Of a stretch of DNA of 64,000 nt, positions 28,025 through 36,571 are shown one piece after another. The notes beneath the pieces were generated by a model that was given only the letters and a program-made list of their open reading frames with translations, had not been told where the DNA came from and ran no database searches. Both the position numbers and the translations under genes were made by a program. Position 1 is the first letter of the stretch; each line of letters opens with the position of its first letter. Source of the stretch: a candidate division WOR-3 bacterium (GTDB lineage: Bacteria; Hydrothermota; Tepidihabitantia; B3-TA06); assembly GCA_965649265.1 (NCBI GenBank), contig CBFGKC010000004.1, positions 24,331 to 88,330 of the forward strand, read 5' to 3'.

Positions 28025-28051
28025 GACGAACGTATATTGCCTAAGGTTTCA
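28025..28051 (-). promoter_or_regulatory. ECF-type promoter TGAAAC-N17-CGTC upstream of sppA
   Basis: Same boxes and spacing as 8141-8167; no sigma70-type promoter seen for sppA. Confidence 0.6.
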
Positions 28052-28115
28052 ACTGTCTATGTAAGCCTTTTAATAAATTAAGTTACGGAGATATTTCTAA
28101 TCATTCTCAATAAAG

Positions 28116-28143
28116 TTGACAGCATGGGGTTAATTGGTATAAT
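28116..28143 (+). promoter_or_regulatory. sigma70-like promoter TTGACA-N16-TATAAT
   Basis: Perfect hexamers. Confidence 0.75.
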
Positions 28144-28170
28144 TGCCACACCAAACACCTTGGAGGAACC

Positions 28171-29340
28171 ATGAAGAATATCGTCCTGGTCCTTGCGACG
28201 ATTCCTGTTTTTCTGTTCGGTATAGAATTGACCGAGTACAAGGTACCGCAGAGCACCGGGCAGGTTTTATCAACGGGACTTAATTATCACTTAATGATTA
28301 ATGCCGGGGATATGGTCGCTCACACGGGAAACTTCTCCTTGAATTTTGAACGTTTCCAGGCCACGCTGCCGTGGAGCTACAACCTTAATTTTTACGGCAG
28401 CCTGAACGGCAACTTTCTGCCCGATACAAACCCGTCGGACTCCACAAAGCAGGTAAACTACCAGGTTCAATGGCAGGGTAAGTACAACCGCTACATCATC
28501 TCCGGAAAGAACCTTCTCGCGTTCGGGAAACTTGACGGCGACATTGCCACGTCGTACGATCTTCCCGCAACCAGGGCGACGATCGGGATAGGGATAGGAA
28601 GATTCACCAACTCGACCCCACTGGTGCGCGCGCTCCGCATCGAGGACGAGATGTTGAAACAGGGAGTTTTAGTGGACAGCCTGCCAACAGGAACCCTCCT
28701 CAAGTTTGCGGGTGAGCTTTCCTCCGAGATCGTGAAGACTTACAAGGAAAAGTATTATTACTGGGAAAAGGAGTACTACTCCTCCATCGAGCGCATCCTG
28801 AAGGAATCCAATTTCCTCAAGAATTCCGAACTCGGAAGCTCCGGATCCCTCATCGTTAAAGATATTCTTGCCGAGTACATGTCTCCACGTTACTACGGTT
28901 ATGAGGCCAATCTGGGTGTGGGCTACGATCTGCTGCCGGCCTACAACGATCCGGGAAGAGCGGCGTTTGCGAGCGCGTCCTTCGATTTCGCACGGCCCTT
29001 GGGTCTCAAGTCGCAGTTTATCGAGAAATCGAATCTTCGTCTTCCCTTCACCGGCGGAAGATTCGGACAGGAGATACACGGAAGTCTTCTTGCATCAATC
29101 TCCTACGAGCTCAACTCCGTCGTCGACCTCATCGGAACCTACCAGCTCAAGGCCGACAGGATAAAGGCCGCCGCCGATACAGCCTACAGCTTTGTACTGC
29201 AGAACCAGGTTAATGGAACCGTGGCCGTCGTTCTCGTCGACAGGCTCGTGATGCTCAATACCCTGACCATAGGTCATTCGACCGCTGAGCAGGGCCTCTC
29301 GGCCGAGCTCTCAAGCTCTATAAGCTTCAGGTTCTTCTAA
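28171..29340 (+). CDS. hypothetical outer-membrane beta-barrel protein
   Basis: Signal peptide, alternating strands with a helical insert, C-terminal ISFRFF. Confidence 0.7.
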   Translation: MKNIVLVLATIPVFLFGIELTEYKVPQSTGQVLSTGLNYHLMINAGDMVAHTGNFSLNFERFQATLPWSYNLNFYGSLNGNFLPDTNPSDSTKQVNYQVQWQGKYNRYIISGKNLLAFGKLDGDIATSYDLPATRATIGIGIGRFTNSTPLVRALRIEDEMLKQGVLVDSLPTGTLLKFAGELSSEIVKTYKEKYYYWEKEYYSSIERILKESNFLKNSELGSSGSLIVKDILAEYMSPRYYGYEANLGVGYDLLPAYNDPGRAAFASASFDFARPLGLKSQFIEKSNLRLPFTGGRFGQEIHGSLLASISYELNSVVDLIGTYQLKADRIKAAADTAYSFVLQNQVNGTVAVVLVDRLVMLNTLTIGHSTAEQGLSAELSSSISFRFF

Positions 29341-29424
29341 AAGGAAAAAGTTTAAACGTGTTTTGACTTATCCGGGCCCCCTTCCACGGGAAGGGGGCTC
29401 GCGACTTTCAAGTGGAGGATTTGC

Positions 29425-30321
29425 ATGGACCTGGATAACAAAAACCCCCGTTCCTCTTCAAGGGATTCGACTGGTACCCCGGGAGGGGGCCAGTACAAAC
29501 ATCATCCATCCGGACGTGAAGTAAAACCTCCGGAAACATCGAAAGATTCAAGAAAATTCCTCGGTTACTACTGGAACGAACTCAAATCGCTGCTTGCGCC
29601 TGCAGGCCCCTTGCTCATTGCGGCCTTATACAGCTTCGTCATGATTTTTCCTCGCTACCACCGTAACCTTTTCAGATTCAACCTTTTTCCGGACTTCGCT
29701 ACCGCCGAGAAGTACGCGGTGGACGGCCTCTGGTACATTGTTCTGCCGCTTTTCGTCATACTTGTCCTTTTTATCCTTTCACTCATCTTCCCCGGTGTGA
29801 AGAAGGTTTTCCCGAGACATACATTCGGTGACTTCGGGTTCCGGCTCGGCCGCTGGATGGGCTGGCGCGATACGCTTGTCTTCTACGGCTTCATGCTTCT
29901 CGTCGTGCTCATCCTCGTCCTCCCCATCCCTATCCCAATCTTGCAGAAAATCCAGGAGCCTTTCCTGCGCGCTTACCCCTTGTTCAAGCCGGCCTCAAAA
30001 AGCCTCCTCATGTTCGCTATCTGGGAGGGGGTCATGCTCCTGCACATGTTTGGCTGGGAGTTTCTCAACCGCGGGTTCCTCCTCTTCGGACTCGAAGATA
30101 TGACCGGCCGCTGGGCGATTGTAGCATCGGCTATCCCCTTCGCTCTGCTGCATATCGGCAAACCCGAACTCGAGGCATACGGCTCCTTTATCGCCGCGAT
30201 CGCGCTCGGATGGGTGGCCTACCGGTCCAGAAGCTTCCTTCCCAGCGTATTTCTGCACTGGGGTGTCGCCTTCACGAGCGACCTCGCCGTGATTCTCCGC
30301 AACGGCGGTTTCGGAAGCTAG
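29425..30321 (+). CDS. CPBP (CAAX protease-like/Abi) intramembrane glutamic endopeptidase
   Basis: WEFLNRG, FALLH and RSRS..SVFLHW; multiple TM helices. Confidence 0.85.
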   Translation: MDLDNKNPRSSSRDSTGTPGGGQYKHHPSGREVKPPETSKDSRKFLGYYWNELKSLLAPAGPLLIAALYSFVMIFPRYHRNLFRFNLFPDFATAEKYAVDGLWYIVLPLFVILVLFILSLIFPGVKKVFPRHTFGDFGFRLGRWMGWRDTLVFYGFMLLVVLILVLPIPIPILQKIQEPFLRAYPLFKPASKSLLMFAIWEGVMLLHMFGWEFLNRGFLLFGLEDMTGRWAIVASAIPFALLHIGKPELEAYGSFIAAIALGWVAYRSRSFLPSVFLHWGVAFTSDLAVILRNGGFGS

Positions 30322-30384
30322 ATACCCCGGGTTTTTCTAAACAAGACGCGCCGGGCATAATCCGGGCGTTGTCTTTCCTTACTG

Positions 30385-30413
30385 TTGACAGGTCAGGTTC
30401 GGGCGGGTACAAT
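30385..30413 (+). promoter_or_regulatory. sigma70-like promoter TTGACA-N17-TACAAT
   Basis: Upstream of the AAGGAG SD of 30435. Confidence 0.6.
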
Positions 30414-30434
30414 CCGGAGACCAAAGGAGCTGCA

Positions 30435-31862
30435 ATGAAAATTCTTTTCAAAACCTTCACTGTTGCGCTGTATGTTTCAGCGTTTTTCCCGCTTGCGGGG
30501 TGTTCGCAAGATAAGGAGGAGTACGACTACTACCTATCCGATTACGACAAGGATATCATCAGGCCGCCTTCGGGTGCCGACGGTGCCTGGATAACGATAA
30601 TCGGCGGGGACGTCAGCGGAACCTACTATGTCTCTCCGTCAGGCGACGACGTCAATACCGGTTCGAAAGAATCGCCCTGGGCTACGCCTGCATACGGCGT
30701 CTCGAAGCTCGAACCGGGCGACACGCTCGTCATACTTGCAAGAACCGGCTCGGGAAGACCGGTGCTTGCGGGAAGCAAGAACCTGGCCTCGGCGATAGAA
30801 ATCGGTGCCGTCACCCATGTCCGCATAGAAAATATCGAGATAACATCCGATAACGGCAAGGATTTCAGGGACGCCGTCACCGCGACAGACGGCCTGCTTG
30901 AAAACGTCGTTTTCAAGGATCTATACATCCATCATGTCGATGAATTCGGGATAAACGTGGCCGACGCGGACGGCCTTGAGATCACAAACTGCGTCATAAG
31001 CTACTGCGGCTTCGGGTCCATAGGCGGGCCCTCGGGCCAGTCCGGCGGTCTGAAAAACGTTATAATAGACGGCTGCGAGCTTTCGTATGCCGGGCACTAC
31101 TACCAGGGAAAGGACGGCTCAAACCGGCCATATGACCGGCCTGACGGCTTCGGCATAGAGGCCTCGGACGGCCCAATCGAGATAGTCAACACCACATCGG
31201 CACACAACTACGGAGACGGCCTGGATTCCAAGGCGGCGCGGACGTGGATTCACGAATGCGTGGTCGCCAACAACTCCTGCGACGGGGTCAAGCTCTGGGG
31301 CGACTCGGCAAGGGTCGAAAACACGCTCATATACGGCAGGGGAGACGCGAGCGACGAGCCGACCACGTGGGCCGCAATAGTCATAGAAACGTCAACGCAG
31401 GACGCTCTCATACGGCTCACCAATCTCACCGTCGACGATTCTTTAGGTCAGAACTACCTGATGTACGTCCAGTATTCCGAGGAGTTCAGGAACGTGCCAA
31501 TCAACCTCGAGATAACGAACTGCATCTTCTCCTCGCGCGGTCCGAACTCTCCCATATGGCTTGCCCCGAAGGTTAATCCCGATATCGCCTATAACCTGTT
31601 CTGGTTCCCGCAGCAGGACATTATCCTGGAACACGGCGACGATACGTACGACCATTCCGACGTTGCCGGTATCGGCGAGGGCAATCTTTACGGTGATCCT
31701 TTGTTTACCGCCAGGGCCTGGGGTTCTGAGGGCGACTACCATCTCAAGCAGGGCAGCCCTGCCCTAGACGCGGGCGACTCGACCGTAACCCTTACCATAG
31801 ACCTTGATTCCAAGCAAAGGCCGCAGGGTGGACGCATCGATATAGGTTGTTTTGAAAAGTGA
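30435..31862 (+). CDS. lipoprotein with right-handed parallel beta-helix (DUF1565-like cap, choice-of-anchor-Q-like C-terminus)
   Basis: PLAGC lipobox; YYVSPSGDD..G....PWAT..PGDT; repeated I.NC.I; DYHLKQGSPALDAG..DIGCFE. Confidence 0.85.
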   Translation: MKILFKTFTVALYVSAFFPLAGCSQDKEEYDYYLSDYDKDIIRPPSGADGAWITIIGGDVSGTYYVSPSGDDVNTGSKESPWATPAYGVSKLEPGDTLVILARTGSGRPVLAGSKNLASAIEIGAVTHVRIENIEITSDNGKDFRDAVTATDGLLENVVFKDLYIHHVDEFGINVADADGLEITNCVISYCGFGSIGGPSGQSGGLKNVIIDGCELSYAGHYYQGKDGSNRPYDRPDGFGIEASDGPIEIVNTTSAHNYGDGLDSKAARTWIHECVVANNSCDGVKLWGDSARVENTLIYGRGDASDEPTTWAAIVIETSTQDALIRLTNLTVDDSLGQNYLMYVQYSEEFRNVPINLEITNCIFSSRGPNSPIWLAPKVNPDIAYNLFWFPQQDIILEHGDDTYDHSDVAGIGEGNLYGDPLFTARAWGSEGDYHLKQGSPALDAGDSTVTLTIDLDSKQRPQGGRIDIGCFEK

Positions 31863-31866
31863 CTTA

Positions 31867-32115
31867 ACCCCACGGAAATACGAAGTATTTCCGTGGGGTC
31901 ACCGACTTTTCACCCCAAGCCGTAGTAATCCTTTTGTCCTGTCTCTATCCTGTTATCTTGACTTGAAGCGAAGAGGAGGAGGGTGCAGGTTAAATTCCAC
32001 CACCCCAGGTAAGTTCTTATTTCAGAGAAATCGGGGTCCCCAAGATTATACGAAGTATAACCTTGGGGTGAAAGTGGGGTCCCCAAAAAAGCAGCTCGAG
32101 CTGCTTTTTTGGGGA
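31867..32115. repeat. three hairpins of the CCCC-stem family
   Basis: 31867-31899: perfect 15-bp stem, GAA loop. 32033-32068: GGGGT + 14-bp stem, GAA loop. 32080-32115: perfect 36-bp palindrome preceded by GGGG. Confidence 0.85.
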
Positions 32116-32127
32116 TTTTTATTAGTG

Positions 32128-32155
32128 TTGACACCTCCGTTATAAGGAGTACAAT
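32128..32155 (+). promoter_or_regulatory. sigma70-like promoter TTGACA-N16-TACAAT of the por-mgl operon
   Basis: Upstream of the GGAGG SD of porC. Confidence 0.7.
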
Positions 32156-32174
32156 TTTCCATTTCGGAGGCTAA

Positions 32175-32753
32175 ATGCAAAAATATTTTGAAGTTCGCTG
32201 GCACGGCCGGGGAGGCCAGGGCGCGAAAACCGCAGCCCTTCTTTTCGGCGAAGCCGCGATGGAAACAGGCAAATATATCCAGGCGTTTCCCGAGTACGGA
32301 CCGGAGCGTACGGGTGCGCCTGTAAAAGCCTTTAACCGTCTTGCGGACGGACCAATAAGAATACATACCCAGGTTACAAATCCCGATGTGGTTGTGGTTC
32401 TCGATGCGAGTCTTCTCGAATCCGTCAACGTGACCGAGGGGCTCAAGCCCGGCGGCTCGCTCATAATAAACACACAGGAGACCGCTGCGAAGATGCGGGA
32501 GAAGATTAAAGTTGAAGGCATCAAGGTTGCGACGGTTGATGCCACAAAAATAGCAGTTGAAATACTTAAAAAGAATGTTCCAAATACCGTTATGCTTGGC
32601 GCGATGGTTAAGGTCACGGGCGCTCTTGAATGGGACCCCATGCTTGTCTCCATCAAGAACAAAATGGAAGCAAAGTTTCGCGGGCGCGCCGAACTAGTTG
32701 AAGGAAACGTATCGGCCATCAAGCGAGCTTATGACGAAGTGGAGATAGCATGA
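32175..32753 (+). CDS. porC: pyruvate/2-oxoacid:ferredoxin oxidoreductase gamma subunit
   Basis: EVRWHGRGGQG, PEYGPERTGAP, PNTVMLGA. Confidence 0.93.
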   Translation: MQKYFEVRWHGRGGQGAKTAALLFGEAAMETGKYIQAFPEYGPERTGAPVKAFNRLADGPIRIHTQVTNPDVVVVLDASLLESVNVTEGLKPGGSLIINTQETAAKMREKIKVEGIKVATVDATKIAVEILKKNVPNTVMLGAMVKVTGALEWDPMLVSIKNKMEAKFRGRAELVEGNVSAIKRAYDEVEIA

Positions 32754-33052
32754 GCATGAAGTTTGACAAGCTGATGAACTGGAAGGAACTGCCGGAGGGT
32801 TGCCTGATCGATCAGCCGGCGACCTCGCTTCATTTCAAAACCGGTGACTGGCGCAGCATGAAACCTCTCTGGTCAAGTGAGAAGTGCATACAGTGCCTTG
32901 CGTGCTGGATAAACTGTCCCGACTCGGCAATAGTCGTGAAGGACGGCAAGATGCAGGGCATGAACTACGACTTCTGCAAGGGATGCGGCATTTGCGCCTC
33001 AGTCTGTCCTCCAAAGGCATCTGCGATCGAGATGGTCAGGGAGGAAAAATGA
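32750..33052 (+). CDS. porD: 2-oxoacid:ferredoxin oxidoreductase delta subunit (2x[4Fe-4S])
   Basis: TGDWR, CIQCLACWINCP, CKGCGICASVCP. Confidence 0.93.
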   Translation: MSMKFDKLMNWKELPEGCLIDQPATSLHFKTGDWRSMKPLWSSEKCIQCLACWINCPDSAIVVKDGKMQGMNYDFCKGCGICASVCPPKASAIEMVREEK

Positions 33053-34227
33053 AGACTCTTGCCAAGACCGGTAACGAGGCCATGGCGTACGCCATGAAGC
33101 AGATAAACCCCGACGTGGTTGCCGCCTACCCCATCACGCCTGCGACCGAGATAGTTCAGATATTTTCCAACTACGTGGCCGACGGCGAGGTCGACACCGA
33201 GTTCGTCGCCGTTGAGAGCGAACATTCCGCACTCTCCGCTTGCGTGGGCGCGTCTATTGCGGGTGCCAGGGTAATGACCTCCACCTCCTCCCAGGGGCTC
33301 GCGCTCATGCACGAGATTCTCTACATCGCGGCAGGCAACAGGCTGCCCATAGTCATCGCGCTCGTGAACCGCACGCTCTCGGCGCCCATCAACATCCACT
33401 GCGATCACTCCGACACGATGGGCTCGCGCGAGGCGGGCTGGATTCAGCTATACTGCGCCAACTCGCAGGAGGCCTACGATTCCATCCTGATAGCGCTCCG
33501 GGTCGCCGAGGAGACGAGCGTTCCCGCCATAGTCTCGACCGACGCCTTCATCATCTCCCACGCCATGGAGCGTCTGGAGGTCCTAGAAGATAAGGAAGTC
33601 CAGAAATTCGTCGGCGAATTCAAACCCAGGCTCATGGCTCTGGATACCGATCATCCGAAAACCTACGGCCCCCTCGATCTGCAGGATTACTACTTCGAGC
33701 ACAAGCGCGGTCAGGTTGACGCGATGAGCAAGGTCATGGCGTCCTACGAGAAGGTCTCGCGCGAATACGAGAAGCTTTCGGGTCGCTACTATCCCGCGGT
33801 CGAGGAGTACCGCACCGACGGCGCGGACGTCGCCATATTCGCCGCAGGCTCCACCGCCGATACCGCGAAGGAAGTTGTCGATGATCTGCGCGAACAGGGC
33901 CGCAAGGTAGGCCTCGTGCGCATGCGCATGTGGAGACCGCTGCCGGTCGATGAGCTCAAAAAGGCTCTCGGAAAGTTCAAGGCCGTCGCCATCATGGATC
34001 GTTCGGACACCATGGCCGACTTCGGAGGTCCGGTGTTCGTCGAGACTCGCGCGGCTCTCTACGACATGGATAAAAAACCCTTGATGACCGACTACGTTTA
34101 CGGTCTCGGCGGCCGCAACGTGGAATTCAAGGACATAATTCACGTCTATGACGAGATAGAAAAAGTCGCCAAAACAGGAAAGGTCGAGAAGATGATTCAG
34201 TACCTCGGCGTTCGCGGGGAGGCATAA
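33049..34227 (+). CDS. porA: 2-oxoacid:ferredoxin oxidoreductase alpha subunit (start corrected to 33049)
   Basis: GNEAMA, AYPITPAT, ESEHSA, TSSQGL, YGLGGR; ATGA overlap with porD. Confidence 0.95.
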   Translation: MKTLAKTGNEAMAYAMKQINPDVVAAYPITPATEIVQIFSNYVADGEVDTEFVAVESEHSALSACVGASIAGARVMTSTSSQGLALMHEILYIAAGNRLPIVIALVNRTLSAPINIHCDHSDTMGSREAGWIQLYCANSQEAYDSILIALRVAEETSVPAIVSTDAFIISHAMERLEVLEDKEVQKFVGEFKPRLMALDTDHPKTYGPLDLQDYYFEHKRGQVDAMSKVMASYEKVSREYEKLSGRYYPAVEEYRTDGADVAIFAAGSTADTAKEVVDDLREQGRKVGLVRMRMWRPLPVDELKKALGKFKAVAIMDRSDTMADFGGPVFVETRAALYDMDKKPLMTDYVYGLGGRNVEFKDIIHVYDEIEKVAKTGKVEKMIQYLGVRGEA

Positions 34228-35156
34228 TGGCTACGTTGAAAGAACTTGCAGCGCGTAACGAGGGTCTTGTCGGCGGTCACCGCGCATGCGCGGGATGCGG
34301 CGCGTCGGCCACCCTGAGGCAGGTGCTTCTTGCGGCATCCGACAAACCGGTAGTCGCCGGAATCGCCACGGGATGCATGGAAGTGGTCACGACCATCTTC
34401 CCTTACACCGCCTGGAACATAAATCTCGTTCACGACGCGTTCGAAAACTCCGCGGCCACCGTCTCCGGTATAGAAGCCGCCTACAACGCACTCAAGCGCA
34501 AGGGCAAAATAAATAAAGACATCCGCTTCATCGCGTTCGGCGGTGACGGAGGCACTTACGACATCGGCATCCAGGCACTTTCGGGCGCGCTCGAGCGCCG
34601 CCACAAGATGCTCTATGTCTGCTACGACAACGGCGCGTACATGAACACCGGCTACCAGCGTTCCTCAGCAACGCCTTTCTGCGCGAACACGACGACCTCG
34701 CCCGTTGGTACCAAGATTCCGGGCAAGGCGCAGACGCGCAAGAATCTTACCGAGATCGTCATCGCGCACGAGCCCGCCTACGCCGCCCAGGCGACACCCG
34801 GATATTACATGGATCTCATCAAGAAGGTCGAGAAGGCGCTTGCCGCAGACGGACCGTCGTTCATAAACGTGCTTTCCCCGTGCGTTCCGGGGTGGGGCTA
34901 CCCGCCCGACCAGACTGTTAACATGTCCAAGCTTGCCGTGGACACGCTTTTTTGGCCTCTTTACGAGTGGGAGAACGGCGTTTACAAGGTAAACATTAAA
35001 CCGCGCGAGCCGAAACCGCTCGAGGATTTCTTAAAACCCCAGGGAAGGTTCAGCCACCTTTTCAAGAAGGGCAACGAGCCTCTCGTCGAGGAGTTCAAGG
35101 CCGAAATCCAAAAGCAGTGGGAAAGGCTTCTCAGGCGCGAACAAGCGAGCGGGTAA
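34227..35156 (+). CDS. porB: 2-oxoacid:ferredoxin oxidoreductase beta subunit (TPP-binding)
   Basis: GHRACAGCG, ATGCMEV, GGDGGTYDIG, DNGAYMNTG. Confidence 0.95.
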   Translation: MATLKELAARNEGLVGGHRACAGCGASATLRQVLLAASDKPVVAGIATGCMEVVTTIFPYTAWNINLVHDAFENSAATVSGIEAAYNALKRKGKINKDIRFIAFGGDGGTYDIGIQALSGALERRHKMLYVCYDNGAYMNTGYQRSSATPFCANTTTSPVGTKIPGKAQTRKNLTEIVIAHEPAYAAQATPGYYMDLIKKVEKALAADGPSFINVLSPCVPGWGYPPDQTVNMSKLAVDTLFWPLYEWENGVYKVNIKPREPKPLEDFLKPQGRFSHLFKKGNEPLVEEFKAEIQKQWERLLRREQASG

Positions 35157-35157
35157 G

Positions 35158-35652
35158 ATGTTAATAGACCGCATCAAGCTGTTCGAATCGGGGTTCCAGT
35201 CGATAAAGGAGAACATCGAGAAACTCCTTCAGCAGTCCGACGCAAAAGCAGTGATGCTCGTTGATCGCGACGGAAACCTGATAACGAACGCGGGCGAGAC
35301 GGAAAAGATAGATCTCGAAGCGTTTGCCACCCTTGCAGCAGCCGATTTCGCGGCAACCTCGCAGCTTGCCGAGATTATCGGTGAGAGCCAGTTCCGCACC
35401 CTGTATCATCAGGGTGAACGCGATCACCTTTACTTCCAGGTCATTGCGCGCAACATAATCATTGCCGTAATCTTTGACCAGCGAACAACTCTCGGCCTTG
35501 TCAGGGTTAGAGTCAAACACGCATCGGAAACACTTTCGAAGATCCTTGAAGAGATATTCGGCGGCCAGCAGGTCAGCGCCGGGCCGGAAGACGCAAATCT
35601 TGAGGACATCTCAAAGGACATCGAAGACGAATTAGACAGGCTTTTCGGCTGA
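35158..35652 (+). CDS. mglB: Roadblock/LC7 protein, MglB-like GAP
   Basis: LVDRDGNLI, ATSQLAEIIGE..F..LYHQG, FDQRTTLGLVRVRVK, acidic tail ELDRLFG. Confidence 0.9.
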   Translation: MLIDRIKLFESGFQSIKENIEKLLQQSDAKAVMLVDRDGNLITNAGETEKIDLEAFATLAAADFAATSQLAEIIGESQFRTLYHQGERDHLYFQVIARNIIIAVIFDQRTTLGLVRVRVKHASETLSKILEEIFGGQQVSAGPEDANLEDISKDIEDELDRLFG

Positions 35653-35658
35653 TACGAG

Positions 35659-36234
35659 ATGGCACTAATTAATTACGCAACCAAAGAGATCAACGTAAAG
35701 ATCGTCTACTACGGCCCCGGGCTCGGAGGCAAGACCTCCAACCTTCGCTGGATTTACGGAAAGCTTGACCAGACCACGAAGGGCAAGATGATCACTCTTG
35801 CAACCGAGATGGACCGCACGCTCTTCTTTGACTTTCTTCCAGTGGACCTCGGCAGCGTGCGCGGGTTCCAGACTCGCTTTCACCTCTACACGGTTCCAGG
35901 ACAGGTCTTCTACAACGCCTCGCGCCGGATAATCCTGCGCGGCGCCGACGGAATCATTTTCGTCGCCGACTCCCAGCGCGAGCGCCGCGAGGACAACATC
36001 GAGAGTTTGCAAAACCTGAAGGAAAACCTTGCCTCGTTCAACCTCAAGCTTTCGGACAGCCCGTACGTGATGCAGTACAACAAGCGCGATCTGCCCAACA
36101 TTATGACCGTTCCCGAAATGCAAGAGCTTCTCAACCCTGAGAACGTTCCTTATTTCGAGGCGGTGGCGACACAGGGTATCGGCGTTTTCGAGACGCTGAA
36201 GGAGATCGCCAAGATGGTCATACGAAAGTTTTAG
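35659..36234 (+). CDS. mglA: MglA-family small Ras-like GTPase
   Basis: INVKIVYYGPGLGGKT, DRTLFFDF, TVPGQVFY, FVADSQ, NKRD. Confidence 0.95.
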   Translation: MALINYATKEINVKIVYYGPGLGGKTSNLRWIYGKLDQTTKGKMITLATEMDRTLFFDFLPVDLGSVRGFQTRFHLYTVPGQVFYNASRRIILRGADGIIFVADSQRERREDNIESLQNLKENLASFNLKLSDSPYVMQYNKRDLPNIMTVPEMQELLNPENVPYFEAVATQGIGVFETLKEIAKMVIRKF

Positions 36235-36236
36235 AG

Positions 36237-36318
36237 CCCCCGAAAATTACGCAGTAATTTTCGGGGGACCCCCCGTCTGACACCCCAAGAAATTACGGCG
36301 TAATTTCTTGGGGACCCC
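36237..36318 (+). repeat. two tandem perfect 14-bp-stem/3-nt-loop hairpins, each with an ACCCC tail
   Basis: CCCCCGAAAATTAC-GCA-GTAATTTTCGGGGG-ACCCC and CCCCAAGAAATTAC-GGC-GTAATTTCTTGGGG-ACCCC. Confidence 0.9.
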
Positions 36319-36345
36319 GATCCGATGCCGAAGCGAAAAAATTGA

Positions 36346-36368
36346 AAGGCGGCCACAGGCCGTCTTTT
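36346..36368. terminator. probable bidirectional terminator
   Basis: AAAGGCGGCC-ACA-GGCCGTCTTTT between convergent operons. Confidence 0.6.
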
Positions 36369-36404
36369 CACTAAAATCATTTTTCACACCCAGTCGGATT
36401 GCCT

Positions 36405-36563
36405 CTATTCCACGACCTTGCGTTTACCCCTGGAACCTTGGCCGCCCTTAGCGCCCACCTCCTGCATCCTTGTTCTCCCGCATCTTGGGCATATCCATTT
36501 GCGTTTTTTGTGGAACGACCGCCGCTCCTCCCTCATTCCCACCTTGCAGCGAGGACAAAGCAT
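36405..36563 (-). CDS. small basic zinc-ribbon protein (52 aa)
   Basis: MLCPRC..WICPRCG; starts 8 nt after the fabD stop. Confidence 0.6.
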   Translation of the reverse strand: MLCPRCKVGMREERRSFHKKRKWICPRCGRTRMQEVGAKGGQGSRGKRKVVE

Positions 36564-36571
36564 GGAAGGTC

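Noticed and set aside
31867-32115. Hairpins as CRISPR repeats or tRNA
   Set aside because: Stem sequences differ, spacing is irregular, and there is no cloverleaf or T-loop motif.
32884-33048. Long N-terminal extensions in the ORF track (porA 32884, also 13713, 18399, 30210, 62221)
   Set aside because: Downstream starts have SDs, signal peptides or stop-start overlaps, and the extensions overlap other genes or promoters.
35158-36234. Gliding motility locus
   Set aside because: Only the GTPase and GAP are present; no agl/glt, gld/spr or pil genes in the window.
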